DNA from: Eledone cirrhosa
Taxonomy: Eukaryota
NCBI GenBank assembly: GCA_964016885.1
Contig: OZ024748.1
Span: 8,184,001 to 8,248,000, forward strand
DNA: 64,000 nucleotides
Direction of reading: 5' to 3'
Shown here: one piece after another, positions 51,250 to 64,000 of the stretch
Numbering within the stretch: the first letter of the stretch is position 1
Layout of the letters: each line of letters opens with the position of its first letter
Position numbers and translations under genes: made by a program
Notes under the pieces: model-generated
Database searches by the model: none
Told to the model about the DNA's origin: nothing
What the model saw: the letters and a program-made list of their open reading frames with translations, nothing else

Positions 51250-51565
51250 ATGGTTCGAGATGAGTTGTTTACATCTTCAAGATCCTGCCCATAATATCAC
51301 TGTAACAACATATTCTCAGCCAACCCCAGTTCCAACACCATATGTATTGACCGCTCAAGACCGAACACCCTCGGATTACCCATTGCGCTGGTCAGGCCTT
51401 GCTGTAACAATTGGACAAGTAGTAGAAGAGGCCCAACCTCATATTCGCCGCACGAATTGGCAGCTAGCTTTAGCTGGTGTCAGTCGTTACCAGAGTTTAA
51501 GTTTAGCTGCCCAAGTATTGGCCTACCTTTATAAACAACAGTTTCCCACATCATATATTTCTTGA
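51250..51565 (+). CDS. PRRC1: PRRC1 coding exon 9 ([12 protein letters not shown]...[14 protein letters not shown]...)
   Basis: TP.DY.LRWSGL.VT.G signature; TGA at 51563-51565; total CDS 1158 nt (385 aa); AATAAA at ~52134. Confidence 0.92.
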
Positions 51566-51584
51566 ACATTATATATACATATAC

Positions 51585-51667
<83 letters not shown>

Positions 51668-53043
51668 TCATATATATATATACACACACATCATATATAT
51701 ATATATATATACACACATATATATTTATATATACACATATATATGTATATATACACATATATATGTATATGGTTGTGGGGAAAATCACAGAGGTAAAGAT
51801 GTTGATGTTCAATATTTCATTTCTTAATAATTTTAACACGTGTTCCAATACAGCATAATGTTTTTGGCCTATGAAACCTGAATTGTTATACAATTGATTA
51901 CTTCATACTGCCGGGGAATATTGTTATTGCATCTCATCAGAGAAAATATAATTATTATCTGTGTGGGCAAGAAAATGATATACATATACATACATACATA
52001 TATATGTATATATGTGTGTATGTTAAAGGTAAACAGAAATATATATATATATTAGAATTTATTAAAGAACTCTAAATATTACAACCCCCATCTCTCTATT
52101 TTGAAATTTTGAAAATGCAATTGTTTGTATTTGAATAAAATAAAACTTTGTAACTGACTGGTGATAAAATATTCCAAACTTGAAGCAACAAATAACTAAT
52201 AATATTTAAAACAAATACAAAATATTCCTAAAATATTTCCTGGTTTATTAAACTGTCAAAGTCAGCTATACTGACATTTGAAACATATCTTTCATTCCTG
52301 TGATTTGTTTTCAAAACAATTCATTGTGTTTATCTTAGTGAAAATTATTGTGTACAGTGCTCAGGTGCATTACAACTCATCAAAGGTGCTTGTATAGTAC
52401 ATAGAATAATGTACAAATGTCAGGAAAGTGAACAGTGTATGAGTCATGATAGACACACACACGTTTATTTTTCTACATTTAACAAAACAACACAGTTTTC
52501 TGTTTAGTCTTACAGACTGCATTTAATCTTAATTCTTTTATATTAACTTTTCACTTGTATTTGATATTTAAGCTGTTAAATGTTCACTAGGATATTTAAT
52601 GTCATACACAGTAGTTGATATGACTCTCTCTTCCTCTCTCTATATGTGTGTGTTTGTGCATAGAACAATGAAAAAAACCCCAGAAGTCAGAGGTAGGTAG
52701 TTAACTAATTAACTTCCTAACTCTGAGTTCTGTCTTTTTTTTTATTGTTCTATGTACAAACACATATATATAAATGACTGTAACCTGAACAGGTCTTCTT
52801 TAAGAAAACTTTAAGCAGTGATCACCTACAACAAAAACTACTGGTCACACTGCCTAATCTTGCTGCAACAATCTTTCCAAGGACACATTAAGTTCTAACA
52901 TTATCAGCCCCACCACAACCAGGTGGAATACGGTATATATATATATATATATATGTAGGAGGTGAGTTTTATTGTAGTACAATAAAGCAATGCAGATATC
53001 AGATAAGAAGCACTCTACAGTTTGTAGTACTGGAGTATAAATA

Positions 53044-53351
53044 ATATAAGATCAAAAGATGGTTAAAAGAGTTCCATGTATTTTATTATGCGCATTTCAA
53101 AAACAAATATCATCATGTAATAACATTTGGAGACATGATATGAAGGTTAAAACACACTTGTGAATAGTGCAGTTTTAAATCAACATATGTTGATTTAAAA
53201 CTGCACTATTCACAAGTGTGTTTCAACCTTCATATCATGTCTCTCTCTTTTATCTGACGAAAACGCAAATGTTATTGCATGATGATATTTGTTTTTGAAA
53301 TGCGCATAATAAAATACATGGAATTCTTTTAACCATCTTTTGATCTTATAT
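53044..53351. repeat. ~300-bp loopless palindrome (centre CATATG ~53187) in a (TA)n-flanked Penelope-like element
   Basis: Arms are reverse complements apart from a ~20-nt segment present only in the right arm and a few mismatches. Confidence 0.9.
53248..53314 (+). ncRNA. Minimal type-I hammerhead ribozyme motif
   Basis: UUUUAU-CUGACGA-16-bp stem II-GAAA-U gcgc A-UA^AUAAAA: 6-bp stem I, palindromic stem III. Confidence 0.7.
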
Positions 53352-53932
53352 ATATATATATATATTTATATATACTAGTGAAGGCGTCTGGCTGAGTGGT
53401 TAGAGAATTGGATTCACAATCTTGAGGTTATGAGTTTGATTCCTGGACCGGGCGATGCGTTATGTCCTTGAGCAAGACTCTATTTCACGTTGCTCCTTCT
53501 ACCTGGAGTTGCGACCGATAGATAGTACTAGCAACTGAAAGACAAAGTCGATCGATCCTTTTATATATATACAAGCATTTAAAGATAAATTTCACTGCTA
53601 AAGCAGGGGTTAACCCTGCAGGTGCATGACAAGTTTCATATTATTCATCATGGTATCCTCTCTGAGGCAATATTTTGTAAAAGTTACACACCCTTCTTAT
53701 TCTTTTAGTTGTCTCTTATGACATTCAGTGATATGTTGTACTTATTCTAAACTAGATATACACTGTCAATAATATGGAAATATCCTGCAAATAACAGAAG
53801 ACATATTTTCCTGATGTTGTTTCAGCTGTGATTCCTTTGTTTTATTTTGGTTATTACACTTCAATGTTTTGGAATTGAAAACATTTTATACAATTATTTC
53901 ATATGTACATTTTATATTTAACTTTTTCATTT

Positions 53933-54148
53933 CACTCTTTAGCATTTAAACCGGTCATATCCAGCCAGAATTCTCTCACCTCTTTCTGTTCAAACCGGCC
54001 ATAACTGGCTGCTCATACTGACGTTAAGGTTTTGTTCTCAAATAAATAATATAAAAATCTTGTAGATTTGATATTATGTGAGATAAAATGTTTACTGTGA
54101 AAATACAATAGTAAAAAAAATAGAGTAATGTAAATACTAAAGCGTTAA
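53933..54148. mobile_element. TTAA MITE copy
   Basis: CTTTAGCATTTAAAC...GTAAATACTAAAGCGTTAA. Confidence 0.7.
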
Positions 54149-55924
54149 AGAAGAAGCAGCAAAATTGGAGATTGTTGGGTAAATATTTTAGACTGAGGTT
54201 TAATATGGAACTAATCTAATAATGGACTTGAGAGAGATATAAAGGTTAGGGGTGATATTTGTTTCTGTTTAGCACAATACTGGTATTTATATCACAAAAC
54301 ACTGTTTTTGTTAAACCCTTTTTTTTTTTACTATAGTTCTAATGAAAGGCACTGCCTTTGATTTACAATTACTTTTGCAAATAATCAATTATTTAAAAGG
54401 GTTTGATAATATTAATGTTCTCATTATCACATTGATGTGTTTTGGAACATAACTTAAGAAAGGGTTTTACATCAAATTATGATGGAAGGTTTTTACATAA
54501 ATATTAAAAGAAAGTTTTATATCATAGATGTAATGGCAGTTTTAGGTGGCTTGCTTTCGAAAGGGTTACAATTTTTTCTCAATAAATATAGAATATTGAC
54601 ATTATTTTAACATGCAATTTAACTGGGAATTACATTCAATATTATTTTAATTATTTTTTTTTTTACATTTAAAATAATTCTGTACAAAATAAGAAACAAT
54701 TTGAAATAAATCAACTGTTTGATAACTATTTTGTTTTCATAAACACACACGTGTGTATATAAAATATATATATATATACATACATATGGAGGCATAACTA
54801 GTAAAAATAGCACCTATGGCAAGCAATGAAATTGTACCCCTGCCCAACACTGTATTTTTTTACCTATGGAGGCCTAATAATTTATATAAATGGTTTAATG
54901 ATCCAACCACCATAGTGTTCTCACCCATGATAGAGACAGATCATACATCTGAAGGAGTTTCTTTTTTCACTCTCTGACGAGGCTTATTTGACTTTAACGT
55001 GCTCTTAGTCCATGTGGTGCCCAAGGCACATGCCATGCTTGCCATACCTTAGTTATGCTTCTGTATGTATATATATTTTATGTATCTTATAATGTTTTCT
55101 TTCAGGCACAAATATTTAAACCCTTATATTTTCTTGTGGTTTAATATGATATAGTTAAAAATGGGAAGATATTCAACACATTTCATTAAACTTTCTCTAA
55201 TGTCTTGACACTTCATCAGATATTTCTCTATTTACCTGAAATAAACTGAAAGATATTTGACAATTTGGGAATTTCTTTTCCTTTTATTGAGTCTGAATCT
55301 GACAGTGCCACAGTTTTTTGTCTACCACTGAATAACTCATTTATCTGGTATAGCAAGCACTTGAATTATCTGGTATAGTAAACACATGAGTTATCTGGTG
55401 AAAACCTTACTCTCACTCATCTTCTATAGCTACACTTCAGTTATCTGGTGAATGATAATTGGTGTTAAGATAATCTAAAAATTTGGATAAATGATGCATG
55501 TATCATTATCATTATCATCATCATTGTTCAACATCTATTTTTCATGCTAGCATGGGTTAGATGGTATATGAACAGAATGTTACATGGTAGTAGGATCTGG
55601 GCACTGTGTACAGAGGCCCCTGAAGATTGGAGAGAAATGAAGCTTCCATGCTTCTATAGATGTGTAATACATGAACAGCAAAGTACAAATAAACAGAGAG
55701 AAACTGGGAATAAGAGGGATCAGATGCAGTGTGCAGGAGACCTCTGAAAGGCAATGACACAGGACTTTGATCTCTGGCGTTATGCAGTAATACAGAAGAC
55801 TCAACTTTCCAAGTGCACGGGGTTGAGGTATACAACTAGTATGTACCACCTTCCCCTCCCTCCATACACGTCCTAACACCCCACCCCTCACTCATGCCCC
55901 TAGATCTACCTCCTTCACACAAGT

Positions 55925-56560
55925 CCCCAGTCAACACTGTAAACTGGTTGTTTTTGGTGCCACAAGGAGCGCCAAGTCCAGTGTAAGGTGGTTGTGTAGG
56001 TGTCACGACAAAAAGCACCCAGTCCACACTGTAGAGTGGTCATGAAGGTGTCACAACAAAAGGCACCCAGCCCACACTGTAAAGTGGTTATGTAGGTGTC
56101 ACGACAAAAAGCACCCAGTCCACACTGTAGAGTGGTCATGAAGGTGTCACAACAATAGGCACCCAGCCCACACTGTAAAGTGGTTGTGTAGGTGTCACGA
56201 CAAAAAACATCCAGTCCACACTGTAGAGTGGTCGTGAAGTGTCACGACAAAAGGCACCCAGCCCACACTGTAAAGTGGTTGTGTAGGTGTCACGACAAAA
56301 AACATCCAGTCCACACTGTAAAGTGGTCGTGAAGTGTCACGACAAAAGGCACCCAGCCCACACTGTAAAGTGGTTGTGTTGGTGTCACGACAAAAAGCAC
56401 CCAGTCCACACTGTAAAGTGGTCGTGAAGTGTCACGACAAAAGGCACCCAGCCTACACTGTAAAGTGGTTGTGTTGGTGTCACGACAAAAAGCACCCAGT
56501 CCACACTGTAAAGTGGTTGTGTAGGTGTCATGACAAAAGGCACCCAGTACTCACTATAAA
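55925..56560. repeat. 46-48-bp minisatellite (~13 units, alternating A/B variants) inside a SINE that continues to ~56712
   Basis: CCCAGTCCACACTGTAGAGTGGTC.. alternates with CCCAGCCCACACTGTAAAGTGGTT.. Confidence 0.9.
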
Positions 56561-57451
56561 TGAGGTTGGCATTAAGAAGGGCATCCAGCCGTAGAAACCA
56601 AGCCAAAATCAGTTGTTTAAGCAAGATATGGTCATCCAACCCAGCTTGATTCACAACAGGACAGATCGTCTAACCCATGCTAGCATTGAAAATGGGCGTT
56701 AAACGGTGATGACGGTTGTTAATATTTAGCAGCATTAAATGTTTATAGTATAATACTTCATTTACTGGTTCCAATCATTAGACTGCAGGTATGCTAGGGC
56801 ACCACCTTCGTTTTCTAAGTATTAATAATAGTTGTTATAATTCATGACATTCATTTGATTCGGATCCTCCTGTATAAACACCCAATTAAATTAAAAGATT
56901 GTTGTACTTGTACTGTTTATAGGTCGGGATATCCCATTATAAGGTTTTATTGACCTCTGAGTCAAATATCTGAGATCTAGTTATTGTAATTAGAGTATAA
57001 TTACCAGTCCAGAGAGAAAAAGTAAAAAAAAATCATGCATAACTAAAATTCGATGACTTTAACAGTCAAAGGGAAATAAATCTTGAAGGCCTATATGAAT
57101 TATCTCCCATTGATTGTTATTCGAAAAGTTCTACAACGAAAACATGTCTCCATTTGGGCGCTCTGCTGGTTAAAAATACCTTAAAAAATAATAAATAAAT
57201 GAATAAAATCAGACCAAGAAACACCCAAAATATTCGCCCATATAATATTCACAACTCAATAAGATATTGCTAGTGAAAAAGAACGAAGAAAACGTAAATT
57301 TCGTCTAAAATGTTATAATAACTCGTAGTTGTTTGGGCTTTCTCCTCGGCTGGTCAATATTTTATTCGCAGTTGTATAAATAACATTACAAATGCGTAAA
57401 TCACATTATAAATTGCTCGCAATTCTTTCAGAAGAACATTACAAATATAAT

Positions 57452-57574
57452 TGTTTCTACTTTTGGCACAAGGCCAGCAAATACCCAGTACATTACTGGT
57501 ACTTTATTTTATCGACCCCGTAAGGATGAAAGGCAAAGTTAACCTCGACGGGATTTGAACTCAGACCGTAAAGG
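57452..57574 (-). mobile_element. 5'-truncated SINE A with an 18-bp target-site duplication
   Basis: GAACATTACAAATATAAT at 57434 and 57575. Confidence 0.85.
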
Positions 57575-58173
57575 GAACATTACAAATATAATATCGTTGA
57601 TAAACACAAATATAAACGGATAAAAAGGGAAAGGTAGGGGGAGTAACCTGTATTTAGTGTATGGTATATAGTATATAATATATAGAGTATGGGATATAGT
57701 ATATATGACATGGAAAGTAACTTACGAAATGTTTAGAAATTCATTATAAACTTAGTTGTATAAAAAAATCAGACATTCACTGCGGAACTAAAGAAATTAA
57801 ATGTTTATATTCAATTAAACGATATTTAGTGAATGTAAATAAATTATTTTGAAAAGAAAAAAATTATTATATATAATCTAATTTTTGTATCAAATAATAA
57901 ATAAAACATATTCTTTCAAAACAATTTTTATAATTTTATCCAATGAGAATCGTCGGCTGTATTTTCCTCTCGGGCTTAAACCACCATTTCAATATTTGTG
58001 CTTGTCATGCCGGCTGACTTATAAACTATTGATAATTAGTTAATTAGACCTACATTTATATGTTTTATAGTTCTTCTTTCTGTTAATATATTCCATATTG
58101 AAAGTTAAACAACTGTTTAAACGGTGAAATTTGGATTAACAAGTGGGATACTTTGAACAGAAGTAAGTTAAAA

Positions 58174-58300
58174 ATGGTGAAAAGATTTGTGACTGATGTT
58201 GAGATGAAAGACGTGTCGAGCCCGAATAGTACAACTGGTACTGTTAATGGTGTGGAGAAAGAAGAAGTTAAAAAAGACCCTGATTTACTAACATTGGAAG
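58174..58300 (+). CDS. PSMD3: 26S proteasome non-ATPase regulatory subunit 3 (Rpn3), exon 1
   Basis: MVKRFVTDVEMKD...KKDPDLLTLE; donor G|gttcgt in phase 1. Confidence 0.85.
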
Positions 58301-58861
58301 GTTCGTTGTTTTTATTATTCAATATGTTTTTGTTTCTAATGATGTTTAACAAACATTTTATTACACAGTAAATATGTTACTCTCAGTTTATTTCAAAACA
58401 ACCAGGAAATTACTAACTTTTTGCTCCATAACTCTAAATATATATATTTATTATATGTTGATTGTCTCTGTTAACCTCTCACTACTAATCTCTGTCCTCT
58501 AGCAATGAGTTTTCTCATCTTTATATGTATTTATTATTATTTCGTTGTGAATCAACATTTCCGGTCTTACAGCATAGCCACCTCTTATGTAAAAAAATTA
58601 ATATAAGTAAGACAATAATATAATCCAAACTAATGTATTCCAAATTAGGTTTAAGTGTTAGGTTTAATTCATGTTTTTTATTTGTAGATTTAAGGTTAGA
58701 TGTTACGACCAAGGTTAAAGTTAAGTGTTAAGACTAAAATTAGGGTTACGGTTTGGTATTAGGGCTAGAGATAAGTAAGTGTTAGGACTAGGGTTAGGGT
58801 TAATTCAGGTTTTCTATCGATCAAATTCTTTAAGAAGGTAGTGCTTGAGTCTCGATAAATG

Positions 58862-59876
58862 TTCCCAGTAGATGCTATGAAATGGTTGGCATTAGGAAGG
58901 GCATCTAGCTAAAGATACAATGCTCCCAGTACATGTAAAGTGGTTGGTGTTAGGAAGGACATCCAGCCATAGAAGCCATGCTCCCAGTACATGCTGTAAA
59001 GTGGTTGGCATTAGGAAGGGCATCTGGCCATAGAAACTATATTCCCTGCACATGCTGGAAAGTGGTTGGTGTTAGGAAGGGCATCTGGCCATAGAAACCA
59101 TGCTCCCAGTACATGCTGGAAAGTGGTTAGCATTAGGAAGGACATCTGGCCATAGAAACCATGCTTCCAGTACATGCTGTGAAGTGGTTGGCATTAGGAA
59201 GGGCATCTGGCCATAGAAACCATGCTTCCAGTACATGCTGTGAAGTGGTTGGCATTAGGAAGGGCATCTGGCCATAGAAACCATGCTCCCAGTACATGCT
59301 GTGAAGTGGTTGGCATTAGGAAGGACATCTGGCCATAGAAACCATGCTCCCAGTACATGCTGTGAAGTGGTTAGCATTAGGAAGGACATCTGGCCATAGA
59401 AACCATGCTCCCAGTACATGCTGTGAAGTGGTTGGCATTAGGAAGGGCATCTGGCCATAGAAACCATGCTCCCAGTACATGCTGGAAAGTGGTTGGCATT
59501 AGGAAGGACATCCAGCCATAGAAACTATACTCCTTGTACATGCTGGAAAGTGGTTGGTGTTAGGAAGGGCATCTGGCCATAGAAACCATGCTCCCAGTAC
59601 ATGCTGGAAAGTGGTTGGCATTAGGAAGGACATCCAGCCATAGAAACTATACTCCTTGTACATGCTGTGAAGTGGTTAGCATTAGGAAGGGCATCTGGCC
59701 ATAGAAACCATGCTTCCAGTACATGCTGTGAAGTGGTTGGCATTAGGAAGGGCATCTGGCCATAGAAACCATGCTCCCAGTACATGCTGTGAAGTGGTTA
59801 GCATCAGGAAGGGCATCCAGCCATAGAAACTATACTCCTTGTACATGCTGGAAAGTGGTTGGTGTTAGGAAGGGCA
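58862..59876. repeat. 61-bp minisatellite (~16.5 units) derived from a SINE segment, in PSMD3 intron 1
   Basis: Unit TGCTCCCAGTACATGCTGTGAAGTGGTTGGCATTAGGAAGGGCATCTGGCCATAGAAACCA. Confidence 0.95.
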
Positions 59877-60213
59877 AATTTTGTCTGAGTACACTTTTTC
59901 TTTAACAATTTGTCATTAGCTTAACAGTATTTAAATTCATTATTACATGTTATACATACCTCTATATACTGTATATATAATACATCATTCATATGGAAAC
60001 CTGCAGTATCAATGTCACATATATAGTCTTACTGGTACATACTGTGTTAGACGATCAACTAACGAACGAGTTCTTGGAATGGAACTCGTTCATAAGTTAG
60101 GGACTTACAATGCTGTATATATTTTCTGAATTTTCTTGTTTCTAATTTTTATCCTTTATTTTTGTTCTTTAACTTTGTCCCCTGAAAGTAAGTGTCTATT
60201 ATATTTATTTCAG

Positions 60214-60401
60214 ATATTAAAGACCAAGTGAAACACATTGAAAAGGCCGTTCTTACAAAAGAACCACGTTTCATGTACCGTGTAATACGAGCTTTGGTGT
60301 CAATCCGTAAGAGAATTAATTCTTCAGTCTTAAGACGTTTACTGACAGCCTATCTTGGCAACCAACCTGCTGCGAAGGAGTTATGTTCTTTCCTTGAAGA
60401 G
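60214..60401 (+). CDS. PSMD3: PSMD3 exon 2 (DIKDQVKHIEKAVLTKEPRFMYRVIRAL...); gene continues beyond the window
   Basis: DIK....EKAV..KEPRF..R..R signature; tttcag| ... GAG|gttaga. Confidence 0.92.
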
Positions 60402-61069
60402 GTTAGATACATTTACAGTACAACAAAGATATTTCCATATTTTGTTGAAGTTTCTAAACGGTTTTTGTTTATTTAGCATGATGTGTAGAAATTCAGATAT
60501 CTCAGATGCTTAGTAAATATGCGATGAACAGTTATAACATGAGTGTATGTATGTAGGTAGGTATGTATGCATCCAATGATGTTGACCAGTTCTACTTTTT
60601 GGGTATCACTTGATATGTGATATTTTCTGCGATGCATGGCATTGCTGGCCATAGGCAAGTCCCTAGCAAGACTAAAAAGCCACATACGTGACGTTCATAC
60701 TTAAGTATCAAGCGATGGCATTACTCGAAATAGAGTTGCAGCCATCATGTAAGTATGCACATATATATATATGTATGTAGGTATGCACATATGTATGCAT
60801 GCACTCAATTAGAAAGACAACCTACATTTGGTTGTTTTATTAGCTTCAGTAATCTCTTCTATAGCATGAAAGTATTCACTTGATTTCCAGCAACCCATGA
60901 GACCAACAAACTGGATATTTCATGTTTTGTTCTGTAATATTTCACTATGTGAGACCAGGAGAATACTTTTGACTTAGTTTCTCCAGAGCTTTTGGTTGTG
61001 AATATTGTCATGAATTATGTCCCCTTGCATGTATAAAGTGTCATCTCAGCTAGATTTTCCTGTTAGTCT

Positions 61070-61510
61070 ACCTGTTATCCCACTACATTTCTTGTGTATT
61101 CAAAATTTACATTGTGTACATCATATAGAGTTTATACCGTCTCCTTTTCTACATAGTGAGCAGGGTCCTATCCTCTTTCCTACTTACTAGCACTTTAGTT
61201 TTGGCTAAGTTTACGCTCAGTTCTTTTGATTCCAAATTCTGTTTCCACAGTCAAAACTTAATCTCTGGCTCTACCATAGTTTCAACTATGAGGACCAGAT
61301 CATCAGCATACAGAACTATATGACCTGGAGAACTATAATGAACAGAAGTGAGCTGGGGACTGACCCCTGATGAACTCCTACCTGTACCTTGAATTCCTCA
61401 CTTTACTGCTCTCACAAGACACTTTTCTAATGCTAGTTTTCTTAGGGACTACCAGATGACAGATTGAGCTAAATCTAGTGGCTTACTCTTGGCTAGGAAC
61501 TTCTCTTATA
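61070..61510 (-). mobile_element. Old degenerate RTE-type LINE RT fragment
   Basis: Homologous to 47700-48310 (LYADD and GVHQGS regions) with deletions. Confidence 0.7.
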
Positions 61511-63263
61511 GATAATAATGATGAGCTCACAGTTATGTAGATTTAGTTGACCTCATATAATATAGTTTCTCTTAAAAGGGGTTGCAGCACTATCATGAAA
61601 AGCAACATGAAATAAAGTGTCTTGCTCAAGAACACAATGCGGTTGCCTGGTCTAGATATTGAACCCAGAACCATATGATTGTAACCCAACACTCTAACCA
61701 CTGAAGAGATCCTCCTAGAAACAACCTAATGAGATAGAAGATGAGCTAATCAAGCAGGTGTGAGCCCAAGAAATGACCTAATACAAGCTGATAGGAGGTG
61801 AGCTAAACATGCAGGTGTGAGCCATAACAACTCAAAACTGCCAATATGGGAAATAGTACAGTTTTAGTGTATCCAAGGTGGTAAATTAGCAGATTTGTTA
61901 AAATATAGGATAGCATGCCTTTATGGTATTCATTCTTGATGTCTGCACTCCTCCCTGAGTTCAATTCCCACCAAAGTCAACTTTGCCTTTCATCTTTCGA
62001 AGGCAATAAAAAAAATGTACCAGTCAAATACTGAGGTTGATTCTCTCTCTCTGCAAGAGATCAACTGTGAAGGATGGGCTTCCTCTGGAAGAAATCACCT
62101 GAAGAGGTATGGGCCCCACCAGGTTTAAAGATACCCAAGAAATGCTGTTTGTCACTATGGTGCCCCTTTCACCTGGAATTAGGGGTCCATACATACATTA
62201 CTACATCCATAACTTTATGCTTAACAAAAATAAGTTCTAGTTATTTTATCAACATAAAAGGGGAGCTGGCTTCCATTTATATAAAAATGCTTGAGTTTAC
62301 ATTTGTGTATGTATAAATAATGACATTTATATATGTATATAATGTATATATATGTATATAGATATTATGTATATAGATATGTGTGTGTGTGTGCTACAAC
62401 CACCACCATCATCATGTCCACTTTAACTATATCTTACTAATATATTTAATTAAGTTTAATTGCAATCTGGAAAGTTTAAACAACAATTCAAGTTTTAATT
62501 TTTACAATTTATTCAAAGCTGTAAACTTCTTTGAACTATTTTCCGTGGTTTCTTTCAACTTATTTGGCTTATTTAAAAAAACAACAAAAAACATGTTTTA
62601 TGTTCAAATAAATTTATTGTATGATGAAATGTAACTTCTGGTTTATTTTAGAGTGATAAAATTATGGTTTCCTAGTAACATTAATTCCTGAATTAGGTGT
62701 ATATTTTTCTTCTTTATGTTTTTCAACTTTAATTGAATTATTTCACATCATCCTTTGCTGATATTTTTCATGTTCTGATGATGATTATGGCTGTTGCATG
62801 GCTTGTTCCTCTAAGAAATTTCAATTTTGATTTAATTAATCAATTTATATTTGTTTTCTTATTTATAATCACACTGAAACAAATAATATTAATGTTTTTA
62901 GTAAGTTTTGCTTTTGCAGAATTAAATTTATCAAAATTTTCTAATAATTTTCATCTCATTTTTTTTTTTTTCAAAAAATATTTCATGTTTAGATAATTAC
63001 TACTTGCCTTCAAGTATGAAATATTCTTCAAACTCTCTAATTCTGGCATATTGTTGAGATTTCTCTTCTAGAATTACCATTTCAAGTGTATATGGTTTCT
63101 TGATAATCCATCCATAAGCTATGATGAACAATTTGGATACTCTCTGTTCGGCCTAATTTATATTAATGATATGCGTAATATAATTAACTAAAACAAAGAA
63201 TTACATTATTTTTCAGTTGACTACATTTTGTTTTCTGGTTTGTTTCATGTTGATACACACACA

Positions 63264-63299
<36 letters not shown>

Positions 63300-63639
63300 T
63301 TTATATTGAGGTAAAGTCATAATAGTTGTTTAAAACATACATGCATACCCTGTGAGGTAGCTGGTGGTAAGAAGGGCACGCCACTGTAGAAACCATGCTA
63401 AAAAGGGTTGAGAGGGCCCTACAGTTGTGACAAACTATATAGTGTTGGGGGATCTACATGATAACATCCAGAACGCAATATAAAGTGTCTGGTGATAGGA
63501 AGGGCATCCAGCCATAGAAAGCTTGTCAAACAGAGTTGGGAGGACCCTTCAGTTGTGTCAAAGACATAATGGCTTCTCTATTGCTGGTGTTATGGTAAAA
63601 TGTACTCGGTAGAGCGTGGGTCCATGTGTAAGCTGTGTA

Positions 63640-64000
63640 TGATAGAACTAAGGTTAGTTTCAGGTGGTTTGGTATCAAATGTGTTAATGACAACTATATA
63701 TATATGATAGAACCAAGGTTAGTCTCAGGTGGTTTGGTATCAAATGTGTTAATGACAACTATATATATATGATAGAACCAAGGTTGGTTAGTCGCAGGTG
63801 GTTTGGTATCAAATGTGTTAATGACAACTATATATATATGATAGAACCAAGGTTAGTCGCAGGTGGTTTGGTATCAAATGTGTTAATGACAACTATATAT
63901 ATATGATAGAACCAAGGTTAGTCGCAGGTGGTTTGGTATCAAATGTGTTAATGACAACTATATATATATGATAGAACCAAGGTTAGTCTCAGGTGGTTTG
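63640..64000. repeat. 65-bp minisatellite (at least 5.5 units, truncated by window end)
   Basis: Unit GATAGAACCAAGGTTAGTCTCAGGTGGTTTGGTATCAAATGTGTTAATGACAACTATATATATAT. Confidence 0.9.

Noticed and set aside
55185-55222. Minus-strand CTGATGA...GAAA hammerhead candidate
   Set aside because: Stem II loop is only 2 nt and there is no valid stem I or III pairing

Overview
AT-rich, intron-containing animal DNA, most likely an octopus or another coleoid cephalopod. That assignment is inferred from the tRNA-derived SINE families, RTE/CR1 LINEs and dense (TA)n/(CA)n/(CAT)n microsatellites. I assembled four spliced genes by hand from GT-AG sites and reading phases. (1) An unnamed 80-aa single-pass, probably mitochondrial microprotein (- strand, ~24.7-29.3 kb) with an NRF1-type promoter palindrome. 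(2) A 76-aa protein that is almost entirely a UMA (UBAP1/MVB12) domain (- strand, 36.1-39.4 kb). (3) PRRC1 (+ strand, 9 coding exons, 43513-51565, 385 aa). (4) The first two exons of PSMD3/Rpn3 (+ strand, from 58174). The rest is mobile DNA: SINEs, a frameshifted 2.85-kb RTE-type LINE, CR1/R4/hAT remnants, TTAA-flanked MITEs, and several 48-76-bp minisatellites that were visibly seeded from transposon segments. The most unusual signal is a set of Penelope-like elements embedded in (TA)n microsatellites. Two carry complete-looking minimal hammerhead ribozyme motifs (42.0 and 53.2 kb). Others are truncated. Two are intronic palindromes carrying only the GAAA-stem III-GUC half of the ribozyme on both strands. 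No searches or folding programs were run, so all family assignments rest on reading the sequence and recalled motifs.
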